From the NCBI GenBank assembly GCA_027487795.1, contig JAIYCX010000028.1:108028-172027 (forward strand): DNA of 64,000 bases. Direction: 5' to 3'. Numbering within the stretch: the stretch's first letter is position 1; each line of letters begins with the position of its first letter. Shown here piece after piece: positions 9,562-17,967 of this stretch. The notes under the pieces were generated by a model, which ran no database searches, was not told the origin of the DNA, and saw nothing but the letters and a program-made list of their open reading frames with translations. The stretch is from Pseudomonadota bacterium (GTDB taxonomy: Bacteria > Bdellovibrionota_C > UBA2361 > SZUA-149 > DAOLCO01). The translations under genes and the position numbers were made by a program.

Positions 9562-9572
9562 GGTATCTGAAA

Positions 9573-9700
9573 TAGGCACAAAATAGGTACATGCCTCTTT
9601 TTAAAATAACATTCTACCTTCACGACATTCTCTAACCTACTAAAATTATTAGAATATAATTTGTATAGAAAAGAGGGTGGTACCGAGAGAGAATAATCTA
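9573..9700 (+). repeat. Direct repeat copy B, partner of 7361-7517
   Basis: See copy A. Same orientation, ~93% identity, lacking the internal tandem duplication. Confidence 0.8.
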
Positions 9701-9715
9701 TCGCAGAATCTGCCC

Positions 9716-9792
9716 CATTTGCTACCCCATTTGGATCTGTTCCTTCATGTGAAGACCTTTTTAGCAGAGAGCCTTTTTTGAATTTAAGTACA
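9716..9792 (+). pseudogene. Truncated remnant of a paralogue of the 6483-7070 lipoprotein gene (C-terminal 24 codons only)
   Basis: Translates to ATPFGSVPSCEDLFSREPFLNLST*. The intact gene ends at 7070 with TIPFGSVPTCSELLGREHFLNLSTSS*. ~75% nucleotide identity. No upstream ORF body. Confidence 0.45.
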
Positions 9793-9795
9793 TAA

Positions 9796-10311
9796 CTACT
9801 CTAACACCTTAGCCAACTCATTCAACGAACTCACAGAATAACCCTCGTGATACTTCCAAACTACATTACCGTTTATATCTAATAAAACTAAATATGCACT
9901 ATTAGGTTTTTCATTTCCTAGAAATTTTACTATTTTTTCTGCTCCGTCATAGACCGTTGCGACACTTGCCCAGTCAGCAGTTGGTATTCCTTTTCTCATG
10001 CCTTCATCGATTTGAGAAGAAACCATGGCTGGTATCATTCCAGATATAGTTGGCAGTTCAGTTATCGGAACTTTTAATCCTAGTTGATTGATACCAACTA
10101 GCCATCTATCAATATCAAACTGTGCATTTTGTTTGTAGCCGATCATAAGTAAATGACGCTCACCTAAAAAGGCATCAGGTACTACAATAATTTCTCCGGT
10201 CAATTTCTTTGCTGAAACTGTTGGGAATTTATCACCAATAGTAGAATTACTAAGATATGTTTGAGAACATGATGTTAGTATTAAAAATAGACAAAGTTTT
10301 AAATATTTCAT
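9796..10311 (-). CDS. Hypothetical lipoprotein
   Basis: MKYLKLCLFLILTSCSQ signal peptide with an LTSC lipobox. 171 aa. Co-directional and 20 bp downstream of lnt. Confidence 0.55.
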   Translation of the reverse strand: MKYLKLCLFLILTSCSQTYLSNSTIGDKFPTVSAKKLTGEIIVVPDAFLGERHLLMIGYKQNAQFDIDRWLVGINQLGLKVPITELPTISGMIPAMVSSQIDEGMRKGIPTADWASVATVYDGAEKIVKFLGNEKPNSAYLVLLDINGNVVWKYHEGYSVSSLNELAKVLE

Positions 10312-10330
10312 AATTGTAGAGACGATTGAA

Positions 10331-11863
10331 TTAAATAGTCTTACGACTAACTATCAGATTTCCAATTAAGTAAACAAAAAGTATTACATAATATGGAATA
10401 TTACCCCAAGTTGTGTAGAATGTTTGCTGATTCAGTAACTTAAACTTAAAGACTTCCGAGGTGGCACTAAAGAGCGGTAAGCTACTTTCAATATTGCCGT
10501 AAGGATCTGTTAAGGTAGTATATCCTGTATTTGTACTTCTAATTAAGTATCTTCGGTTTTCAATTGCCCGGTATCTAGCCAATAAATCATGTTGATAGGG
10601 TGCTACTGTATCACCATACCAAGCATCGTTTGTTAGATTAATTAGTAACTGAGCACCCCGCTTAGTTACTTCCCTAGATAGACTATCCACCAAATCTTCA
10701 TAACATATTAAGATACCAGCTTTTAACTCTCCTACTTTAGTCTTTATTAAAAAAGGCTCGTCCCAAATGCCAGATGAAAATGCCTGCATTGGTACTATAT
10801 CTAATAAAAAAGGAAATATAGAAGAAAAAGGGACATACTCTCCAAAAGGCATTAGTACCTTTTTACCGTATACTCCTTCAATACTACCTTCACTAGATCT
10901 AAGTATCGCGGCATTGTAAATATTCGGCGCTTTCGGTTTTTCAATACTTCTAGTAAATCCAAGGCCACCATATACAAGCGGCAGTTCTATCCCCGATATA
11001 GGATCTTGTCCTTCTAGATAATTAGTTTGATTATTGAAATCAACCCAATCACCAACTACAGTTTCTGGCCAAATTATAAAATCACTTTCGTTCTGATTCT
11101 TTGATAAATCAAAGTACTTTTGAAGATTAATGGTCTTTAATTCTGCTGTGAATTTTTCTTTTAGGCCAATATTACCTTGAACAACCAAGGCAGAAGAGGA
11201 TTTTGCTGTTACTAGATTAGTATCAACTCTCTTGTTTAATGAATTACCAATAAAGAAAATACTAGCAACTGTACAAACTAATACAACTAAGGTTGAGACA
11301 GTTTTTTTTCTATAAACTAATTCTTCTAGAAAGTTATAAACAAGAACTACTAAAACTAAAATGATAAACGACAAACCACTAGCCCCTACAAGTTCTGCAA
11401 AAGCAGAAAAACTTTTTACGCTTATAAAAAAGTTTCCAAATCCCCAAGGAAATAGTCTTGGGAATACTAGTTCTAAAAATAACCAAGAGATTACAAATGC
11501 GGGATTAATATTTAGTCTTTTGCGTAATATTTTAAATAATAAGAAGGAAAGTAAAAACTGTAAACTTCCTGTAATGACATAAAGACAAAAAATAGCTAGT
11601 GATACTGAACTTGAAAACTCTCCAAAAGTTTCTATTGTTTGCCATAGCCAAAACATTGAGACGGAATGAAACACGATTCCTGATAAATACAAATCAAAAG
11701 CTTTTGCTTTTTTGTCATTAACTAAAGTAATTATTAAAATTATTCCGATAAATGCGAACAAGGCGCCGAGTATTAAGGACTCCGAATTCATACAGGAGAT
11801 ACTTAATAATAAACCGCTTAAACTAGCTAAAATTCTATTTTTCGTTAAGAACAACTTTTTCAA
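10331..11863 (-). CDS. lnt: Apolipoprotein N-acyltransferase
   Basis: ~7 N-terminal TM helices plus a C-terminal CN-hydrolase domain with the catalytic Cys in 'ILICYEDLV' and a Glu/Lys context. 510 aa, typical of Lnt. Confidence 0.85.
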   Translation of the reverse strand: MKKLFLTKNRILASLSGLLLSISCMNSESLILGALFAFIGIILIITLVNDKKAKAFDLYLSGIVFHSVSMFWLWQTIETFGEFSSSVSLAIFCLYVITGSLQFLLSFLLFKILRKRLNINPAFVISWLFLELVFPRLFPWGFGNFFISVKSFSAFAELVGASGLSFIILVLVVLVYNFLEELVYRKKTVSTLVVLVCTVASIFFIGNSLNKRVDTNLVTAKSSSALVVQGNIGLKEKFTAELKTINLQKYFDLSKNQNESDFIIWPETVVGDWVDFNNQTNYLEGQDPISGIELPLVYGGLGFTRSIEKPKAPNIYNAAILRSSEGSIEGVYGKKVLMPFGEYVPFSSIFPFLLDIVPMQAFSSGIWDEPFLIKTKVGELKAGILICYEDLVDSLSREVTKRGAQLLINLTNDAWYGDTVAPYQHDLLARYRAIENRRYLIRSTNTGYTTLTDPYGNIESSLPLFSATSEVFKFKLLNQQTFYTTWGNIPYYVILFVYLIGNLIVSRKTI

Positions 11864-12956
11864 ATTTATCCGCTACATTTGACCACATGAAGTTATTAAG
11901 AACCCTAGATCTTAGCATTTCGGCTTTAGATTTAGCGCTTTTCAAATCTTTATGTAACTCCGTTATTTTATTTATACAAAATGTTTCAAATTCTCCTGCT
12001 GTAGAACTTGCATTAAATACTAGCTCACTATCTCCTACAACCTCAGGTAAACCACCAATACTTGGTACAAGTGGGATAACTGATTGAGACATGGCTTCAG
12101 CTGTAGCCATAGAAAAAGTCTCTGGCACATTTGCTGGATATATAAAAAAAGATTTGTCTTGCAGTATCTCGCCAATTTTTTCTTGGGGTACAGTTGGATT
12201 AAACTGAACCCAAGCTGAATCTTTATACTTTTCCCTAATTCTACTAATTAACTCAGAATGCCGCCCTTCGTAAGGACTATCCCCTCTTCTATAAAGCTCC
12301 ATATCTGAGTATACAAATAATTTAAATTTAGGATTTATTTGTAAAAGCTTAGGAAACATTTCTAATAATCTTACTAAGCCTCTGTAAGGGGCTACATGAT
12401 ATACGAAATTCAGCATATCTCCCTTGCCTGTTTTAGAATTAAAAGCAGTATCGCTTAAAATGTTCGAAGAAACTCCATTTCCAATTACAAAAGCTTTCTC
12501 CTCTGGGAAGCCGCTGCTAGAACATAGTGAAAATTTATGAAATTCACTAGCACATAACAAAGCATCTACTCCGTCAATAAATCTACCATCTCCTATACCT
12601 AGATTAGATACTTGCTCTGCTCCATCTCCCGTCCAGAAATACACAGGAAGCTCTTTGGGATAAGGAAAGATATTTTTCCAACCTTGAACTACTATTATAA
12701 CGTCAGAAATAGTTAGTTGTAGCTGCTGATTAATAGAGATAAATTGTACATCAAAATGCGCTAATTCTTTAGGAACCTCTGGTATCACGCCTAAGGAAGA
12801 TTTTACTATTACTTTATAGCCTCTTTTAGAAAGTTCTTTTGCGAGCTCTATTACTCCGACTTCCGTTCCTCCAAGTGGTCTAAGTAAATTACTACCAATA
12901 TGAATAGGAACTAAACTCGTCGCATCAAAAATAATTCTCTTTCTACTTATCGCCAC
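11835..12956 (-). CDS. Glycosyltransferase, family 1 (GT4-like)
   Basis: C-terminal GT-B nucleotide-binding motif 'EAMSQSVIPLVPSIGGLPEVVGD' (E-x7-E type). Overlaps the lnt start by 29 bp, so they share an operon. Confidence 0.7.
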   Translation of the reverse strand: MAISRKRIIFDATSLVPIHIGSNLLRPLGGTEVGVIELAKELSKRGYKVIVKSSLGVIPEVPKELAHFDVQFISINQQLQLTISDVIIVVQGWKNIFPYPKELPVYFWTGDGAEQVSNLGIGDGRFIDGVDALLCASEFHKFSLCSSSGFPEEKAFVIGNGVSSNILSDTAFNSKTGKGDMLNFVYHVAPYRGLVRLLEMFPKLLQINPKFKLFVYSDMELYRRGDSPYEGRHSELISRIREKYKDSAWVQFNPTVPQEKIGEILQDKSFFIYPANVPETFSMATAEAMSQSVIPLVPSIGGLPEVVGDSELVFNASSTAGEFETFCINKITELHKDLKSAKSKAEMLRSRVLNNFMWSNVADKFEKVVLNEK

Positions 12957-12998
12957 TAGATTTATAATTTGTTAATTAAAATTTTTTAAATATTTCTT

Positions 12999-14180
12999 TT
13001 GTTAATCAGAACTCAAACTAATACAAAGAAGAAAATACTTTATATTCTTCAAGACTACTATAATAGAGGTGGGGTAGAAGAGCACGTAAAAACTCTAACT
13101 GAAAGCTTAAAAGATGATTTTGAAGTAGCCGTAGCCTTCCCTGAGTTATTAGGAGGAGCACATAATAATTATATTTTATTAATTAACGGTGTTCCAGAGC
13201 TAGTCTTCCCTGGACCTAAAATAAAATGGCCAGTCAGCGAGTTTGAAGAAACTTCAGCAAACTTTGCATTAAAAAACCTACTATCTCACTTTGCACCTGA
13301 TTTAATTCATATTCACCATCTTTATAATTGGCCTCTTAATACTTTAAATATCATTCTAAATACGGAAGTACCATGTATTAAGTCCTATCATGATTATTTT
13401 ATGGCGACTCCGTTATTTACTATGGAATTCTCCAATCACCCCAAGGAACTACTAGAAGCAGAATATTCTAAAAAAGTTTTTGGTGTTGATATTTCATCCT
13501 ACCTTAAAAAAAGACGAGTTCACTTAGTTTCTGGACTAGCTAAACTCAAATGTCGAGTTGTACCTTCAGAATTTACTAAACTTGAACTTTCAAAAATATT
13601 CCCCGCTGAGTATCAGGTTATAGAACATGGCATAGAACTGTTCACTAAACTACCAAAAGTATCTTCAAATAAAATAAGATTTGGCTATATCGGAAGCTTT
13701 ATAAGACAAAAAGGATTTGAAACTTTAATTAAAGCTTTTACTCAGCTTACTAAAGAATTTAAAAATAAAGAACATAATATCGAACTTCATCTCTTTGGCG
13801 GTGGACAAGAGTATCAACAAGAAGAGATGAAAGGTTTGTTTTATCATGGAAGTTACACATCGAAAGACTTAGCTAATATAACATCCATGTTTGATATCGG
13901 GATTATTCCATCGATTTTTAAAGAAACATTTTGTTATACTTTTTCAGAATTACTTCATGCAAACATTCCAATAATTGCTTCAAAAATTGGAACTCTAGAG
14001 TCTAGAATGAAAGAAGCAAATCTTGAAGAATACCTATTTGAAGCCGGTAACGTCGATCAATTGGTAGCAAAAATGAAGTTGGCAATTAAACAAGACTTGA
14101 AGTCTAGAAAAATACAAACTAAAGTTAAATCAAAAGAAGAGATGATTGAAGATTATAAAAACTTATATCTAAAATATTAA
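12999..14180 (+). CDS. Glycosyltransferase, family 1 (GT4-like)
   Basis: GT-B fold signatures ('FGYIGSFIRQKGFETLIKAF', 'GGGQEY...', C-terminal 'ASKIGTLESRM'). Divergent from the upstream GT4. Confidence 0.65.
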   Translation: MLIRTQTNTKKKILYILQDYYNRGGVEEHVKTLTESLKDDFEVAVAFPELLGGAHNNYILLINGVPELVFPGPKIKWPVSEFEETSANFALKNLLSHFAPDLIHIHHLYNWPLNTLNIILNTEVPCIKSYHDYFMATPLFTMEFSNHPKELLEAEYSKKVFGVDISSYLKKRRVHLVSGLAKLKCRVVPSEFTKLELSKIFPAEYQVIEHGIELFTKLPKVSSNKIRFGYIGSFIRQKGFETLIKAFTQLTKEFKNKEHNIELHLFGGGQEYQQEEMKGLFYHGSYTSKDLANITSMFDIGIIPSIFKETFCYTFSELLHANIPIIASKIGTLESRMKEANLEEYLFEAGNVDQLVAKMKLAIKQDLKSRKIQTKVKSKEEMIEDYKNLYLKY

Positions 14181-14190
14181 GAGTAAAACC

Positions 14191-15894
14191 ATGTCAGACA
14201 AGAAGCACACACCAACCATAGTACAACTAGTCTACATGGACGAAACTGGCGATAGCTACTACCGTATGAGGTGGCCAGGTTATGTTCTTTCTCTACAAAA
14301 ACCTGAATGGAGAGTTATTAACTTAGATGCACGGTCAAAAGATAAAATTAAATATGCGCTAGAAGCGGACTTGTTAGTTTTATTTCAGTCAAATGACTTA
14401 GATATGCATTCTATTATCAGACAAAGAAGAGAGAACGGTCTCAAGACACTAGTTGAATATAATGATGATTTTTATTCTCCAAGTGCGGCTTCTCCAATTA
14501 GAGACGAATGGTCTTCTCCGCTTTTGTGGCAGACTTATGAAAGTATTATGAATCAGGCAGATAATATTATAGTTACTGGCTATGGTCTAGAAAGATTGTT
14601 TTCTAAAAGATCAAAAGTTCCAATTACTATACTTAAAAATCAAGTCTTAAAAAAATATCAAGAAAAAGCAGCTGAGAGAAAAGATAAACAATTTAGAATT
14701 GGCTGGGCGGGGTCGCTAGGGCATATGGGTGACCTGCTAGCAATGCTGCCTCACTTAGCTGAGTTCTGCATGAGACATGATAACTGTATTCTACATTTGA
14801 TGGGGAATGAAAGTATTCCAAATTATGTAAACCTTCCACCAAATAAATTAGTATTTAAGCCTTGGGGAACTATGAATGATTATTATAGTTTCTTGTCACA
14901 ACTAGATATTGGAATCGCACCTCTGAGTAGTATTCCTTATAATTTTTCAAGATCTGATATAAAAGCAGTTGAATATGCTTCTCGTGGAGTGGTTCCACTA
15001 GTGCAGCAAATACTACCTTATGAAGAAATAATTAGTACAGGTGCCGCATTAGGTTTTTCTTCGTTTTCAGAATTATTAACAAAACTAGAAGAACTTCATA
15101 AATCTAAAGAATTATTAAATCAGTCAAAAGAAAAAGCTTTTAACTATGCTAGCAATCTTAGAAATGCAGAACAAATAACTGAGCGGTTAGAGCTATACGA
15201 AAAGTACCTTCCTAAATCCCCTCGTGGGTACTTAGATGATTCTTTTAAACCTGGCTATCATGAAGTGATAGGCGAGCTAGATAGTACTATGAAGTCTACT
15301 GAGATATTAAATTCTCTGAATAAGCTACTAGAAACGGACTTAGATGCTGCGCTAAAATTAATCGAGCAAAACCAAGATCGCTTAACTTTTGATAATAACT
15401 TTGCTTTAATCTGCATTAAAACTCTACTTAAAGCAAAAAAATCTCATGCAGATAGTGTAATGAAAGAATGTATTAAGACATTCCCGCTTGATCTTAGATT
15501 TTATCTTTACTTTGCACAAACTAGAGTTAGTAGAGGTGACAAACTAGCTGCCTGGAGTCAAATTTTAGAAACGCTAAATAGATCTTCTGATTCATTTAAG
15601 AAGTTTTTTGAAATTAATGTTTGTAACTTACTAACTAAAGACATTGAAAATTTCCCAGATCTACTTTTAATAGCATTTGAAATTGGGAAGATGTTTGAAA
15701 ATAATAAGTTATTATTCACGATTGGAAGTATAGGGCTTGCAAATGGAGATTTTCATTTAGCTTATGAATCTTTAACTAGGTTATCTAGATCTGTTAAGGT
15801 TACTTCGAGGAAGAATATAGACTTTGTTGATATTCCGCAAAATACCTTGGATACATTTATAGAGGCGGCGGATTTTGGAAGGAGGATGTTGTAA
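14191..15894 (+). CDS. Hypothetical protein in the glycosyltransferase cluster, with a helical/TPR-like C-terminal half
   Basis: Starts 11 bp after the GT4 stop, with good coding periodicity. 'IGWAGSLGHMGDL' is a weak GT-B-like patch. No firm family assignment. Confidence 0.5.
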   Translation: MSDKKHTPTIVQLVYMDETGDSYYRMRWPGYVLSLQKPEWRVINLDARSKDKIKYALEADLLVLFQSNDLDMHSIIRQRRENGLKTLVEYNDDFYSPSAASPIRDEWSSPLLWQTYESIMNQADNIIVTGYGLERLFSKRSKVPITILKNQVLKKYQEKAAERKDKQFRIGWAGSLGHMGDLLAMLPHLAEFCMRHDNCILHLMGNESIPNYVNLPPNKLVFKPWGTMNDYYSFLSQLDIGIAPLSSIPYNFSRSDIKAVEYASRGVVPLVQQILPYEEIISTGAALGFSSFSELLTKLEELHKSKELLNQSKEKAFNYASNLRNAEQITERLELYEKYLPKSPRGYLDDSFKPGYHEVIGELDSTMKSTEILNSLNKLLETDLDAALKLIEQNQDRLTFDNNFALICIKTLLKAKKSHADSVMKECIKTFPLDLRFYLYFAQTRVSRGDKLAAWSQILETLNRSSDSFKKFFEINVCNLLTKDIENFPDLLLIAFEIGKMFENNKLLFTIGSIGLANGDFHLAYESLTRLSRSVKVTSRKNIDFVDIPQNTLDTFIEAADFGRRML

Positions 15895-15917
15895 ATCCCT
15901 TCCATTCTTCCCATCTT

Positions 15918-15951
15918 CCTGCCTACGCAGAATAGATTCTGCATAGGCAGG
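15918..15951 (+). terminator. Putative rho-independent terminator after the 14191-15894 gene
   Basis: cctgcctacgcagaat..attctgcataggcagg. 15-bp stem with one mismatch, followed by a G/T-rich tract. Confidence 0.4.
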
Positions 15952-16011
15952 TGGAGGGGTTTTCGTTTGTTGGGACGCAGCAGAACATACCACCACCATT
16001 CGTTTAAAAAA

Positions 16012-16175
16012 ACAGGAAGGGTAGGAGGATAAGAGGGGTTTAATAATTTAGGTCGTGATAGAGGAAAAAGAGAGTTGAGGTAATTTCGAAAACTGTGGAG
16101 CTTTGCAAAAAGTTTGTGTGATACAAACCTAAAACTCTCCCCTTCTATTCTCCTATCCTTCCTGTTTTTTCTCCC
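16012..16175. repeat. MITE-like element with ~28-bp imperfect CT/AG-rich terminal inverted repeats
   Basis: Left arm acaggaagggtaggaggataagagggg. Right arm ctccccttctattctcctatccttcctgt, ~85% reverse-complementary. A related CT-rich stretch lies at 15896-15925 and a solo copy of the arm at 42003-42045. Confidence 0.35.
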
Positions 16176-16550
16176 CAAAGAAAGACAACACAAAACCAAC
16201 TGACAAAAAATTTGCCAAAATAAAAACCTAACACTTCAGTACTTCTTACAACCAACAACTACAATCGATTTAGGTTCAAAAAATCAAAACCTAAAATCGA
16301 AACTCCTTTTATACAAACGTCCTATTACGTACTTTAAGTATCGAGATTTATTAGATTTTACTTTAATAGGAAAAATATCATTTAATATAGAATGTATTAC
16401 TGCTTCAATAACTTCCTCTCTAATCCTTTAAACATCTGAAATCACTATAAAATAATCTTGCTGATATTATTGGATTTTAAGTAATCGAATCCCACTCCTA
16501 CTCTCAAATGGCGTAATAGCAAATAGATAAACTAATAGTTGACATAATAA

Positions 16551-16572
16551 ATTGTATTGACGTTGATCAATA
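16551..16572. promoter_or_regulatory. Candidate VapB operator: inverted repeat overlapping -35-like TTGACA boxes upstream of vapBC
   Basis: tgtattga cgttga tcaataca (8-bp perfect arms). TTGACA occurs twice just upstream. Sits ~45 bp before the vapB ATG. Confidence 0.35.
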
Positions 16573-16613
16573 CAAATGTCATGATTATATTATAACTAGC
16601 TTAGATTACTTAC

Positions 16614-16823
16614 ATGAACAAAATAAAAAGAATCACTGCAAATCTACCAGAAGAATTACTTACAAGTGCGATCAGTGTTACTAATAAAAGCATTACTGAA
16701 ACCATAGTAGAAGGACTTGAGAGAATAAAAAGGTCAAGTGCCTACTCAAAAGCACAATCTCTAAAAGGTAAACTAGATTTAAAAATCGATATAAGGAAAA
16801 GTCGTGAGCGGGATCGTAGTTGA
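16614..16823 (+). CDS. vapB: VapB-type antitoxin (RHH/CopG-like N-terminus)
   Basis: 69 aa. N-terminal 'KRITANLPEELL' ribbon-helix-helix-like. Overlaps the downstream PIN-domain gene by 20 bp. Confidence 0.55.
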   Translation: MNKIKRITANLPEELLTSAISVTNKSITETIVEGLERIKRSSAYSKAQSLKGKLDLKIDIRKSRERDRS

Positions 16824-17184
16824 TACTTCTATTTGGATAGATTATTTTAAAGGAATTAGCTTTCCAATAGTAGATGATAGCCTTAAAGAAGGTTCCTTAA
16901 GTTTATCTCCTATAATTGTTTCTGAATTATTAAGTGCTAAGTTAAATCCAAACTCAAAAAAGCAACTTATAGATTTCTTACTTGATCTTAAATTTATTAA
17001 TTGCGATTTTTCGCATTGGATAAGAGTAGGAGAATTAAGATCTTTTTTTGCAAGAAAAGGCATTACCATTTCAACGCCAGATGCACATATTGCTCAAGTT
17101 TGTATAGATGAAGACTGTCACTTAATAACTGGGGATAAAATATTTACACAAATAGCTAAGGTAATTAAGTTAAAGTTAATTTGA
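16804..17184 (+). CDS. vapC: PIN-domain ribonuclease toxin VapC
   Basis: N-terminal 'IVVDTSIWIDYF' (first acidic residue), 126 aa, with conserved acidic positions (D..E..D) of the PIN fold. Confidence 0.8.
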   Translation: MSGIVVDTSIWIDYFKGISFPIVDDSLKEGSLSLSPIIVSELLSAKLNPNSKKQLIDFLLDLKFINCDFSHWIRVGELRSFFARKGITISTPDAHIAQVCIDEDCHLITGDKIFTQIAKVIKLKLI

Positions 17185-17235
17185 GCAAATAAAGCCTAGA
17201 GATCGCAAAGTACCCCCGCTTTTGTAATTCTGCTA

Positions 17236-17964
17236 TTATCGAGTACAATATATAAAATACTCCTGATTCTGACTCTTCCTTCCCTTTAAAACACTGGCTC
17301 TTGTTCCTTGAATAGTAAAGCCAAAGGTAGAAATAAATTCTGAAATATTTACCAAGCTTTCACTTGCCGCAGCTAAGTCTTTTACTTTTCCGCCCTTACC
17401 AATTTGCTCAGGTTGTAGTTCAAACTGTGGTTTGAAAAGTGCTAGTATATTTGCACTTGGTGCTAAAACTTTACTAACATGTTCTATAACTTTTCTAAGA
17501 CTAATAAAACTAACATCTATTACGCAAAAATTGGAGGGAGGATCAAAAGTAATATTTGAAATATCTTTTACATGAGTGTTTTCAAAAACTGAGACTAATG
17601 GATTAGTTCTTATTTTTAATGATAGTTGATTTGTTCCAACATCAATACAATAAACTTTGGAAACACCATTTTGAATTAAACAATCACTAAATCCACCCGT
17701 AGATGAACCAACATCAAGGGCTACTTTATCTTTTACTTGAATATTAAAATCGAGAAGAGCACCTTCTAACTTATCACCACCGCGGCTTACGTACTTTGAA
17801 ATTTCATTTCTTAAACGAATATGAGAAGTTTCTTTTATTGCAGCTCCTGCTTTAGTCACAGGAGTATCATCCACTAATACTTCACCTGCCATAATTAGAG
17901 CTTGGGCTTTGGAACGAGTTTCTACTAAACCAAGCTCTAAGAGCCTAATATCTAGGCGTGTCAT
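17236..17964 (-). CDS. tlyA: TlyA family rRNA 2'-O-methyltransferase / haemolysin A (S4 + FtsJ-like MTase)
   Basis: N-terminal S4 RNA-binding motif 'RLDIRLLELGLVETRSKAQALIMAGEVLVDD'. SAM-binding 'ALDVGSSTGGFSDCL'. ~240 aa. Confidence 0.8.
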   Translation of the reverse strand: MTRLDIRLLELGLVETRSKAQALIMAGEVLVDDTPVTKAGAAIKETSHIRLRNEISKYVSRGGDKLEGALLDFNIQVKDKVALDVGSSTGGFSDCLIQNGVSKVYCIDVGTNQLSLKIRTNPLVSVFENTHVKDISNITFDPPSNFCVIDVSFISLRKVIEHVSKVLAPSANILALFKPQFELQPEQIGKGGKVKDLAAASESLVNISEFISTFGFTIQGTRASVLKGRKSQNQEYFIYCTR

Positions 17965-17967
17965 ATT

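Noticed and set aside
15762-16199. ORFs 15762-16199 (-) and 15781-15999 (-)
   Set aside because: They span the terminator hairpin and the CT-rich repeat element. Pro/Arg-rich low-complexity translation indicates non-coding repeat DNA.
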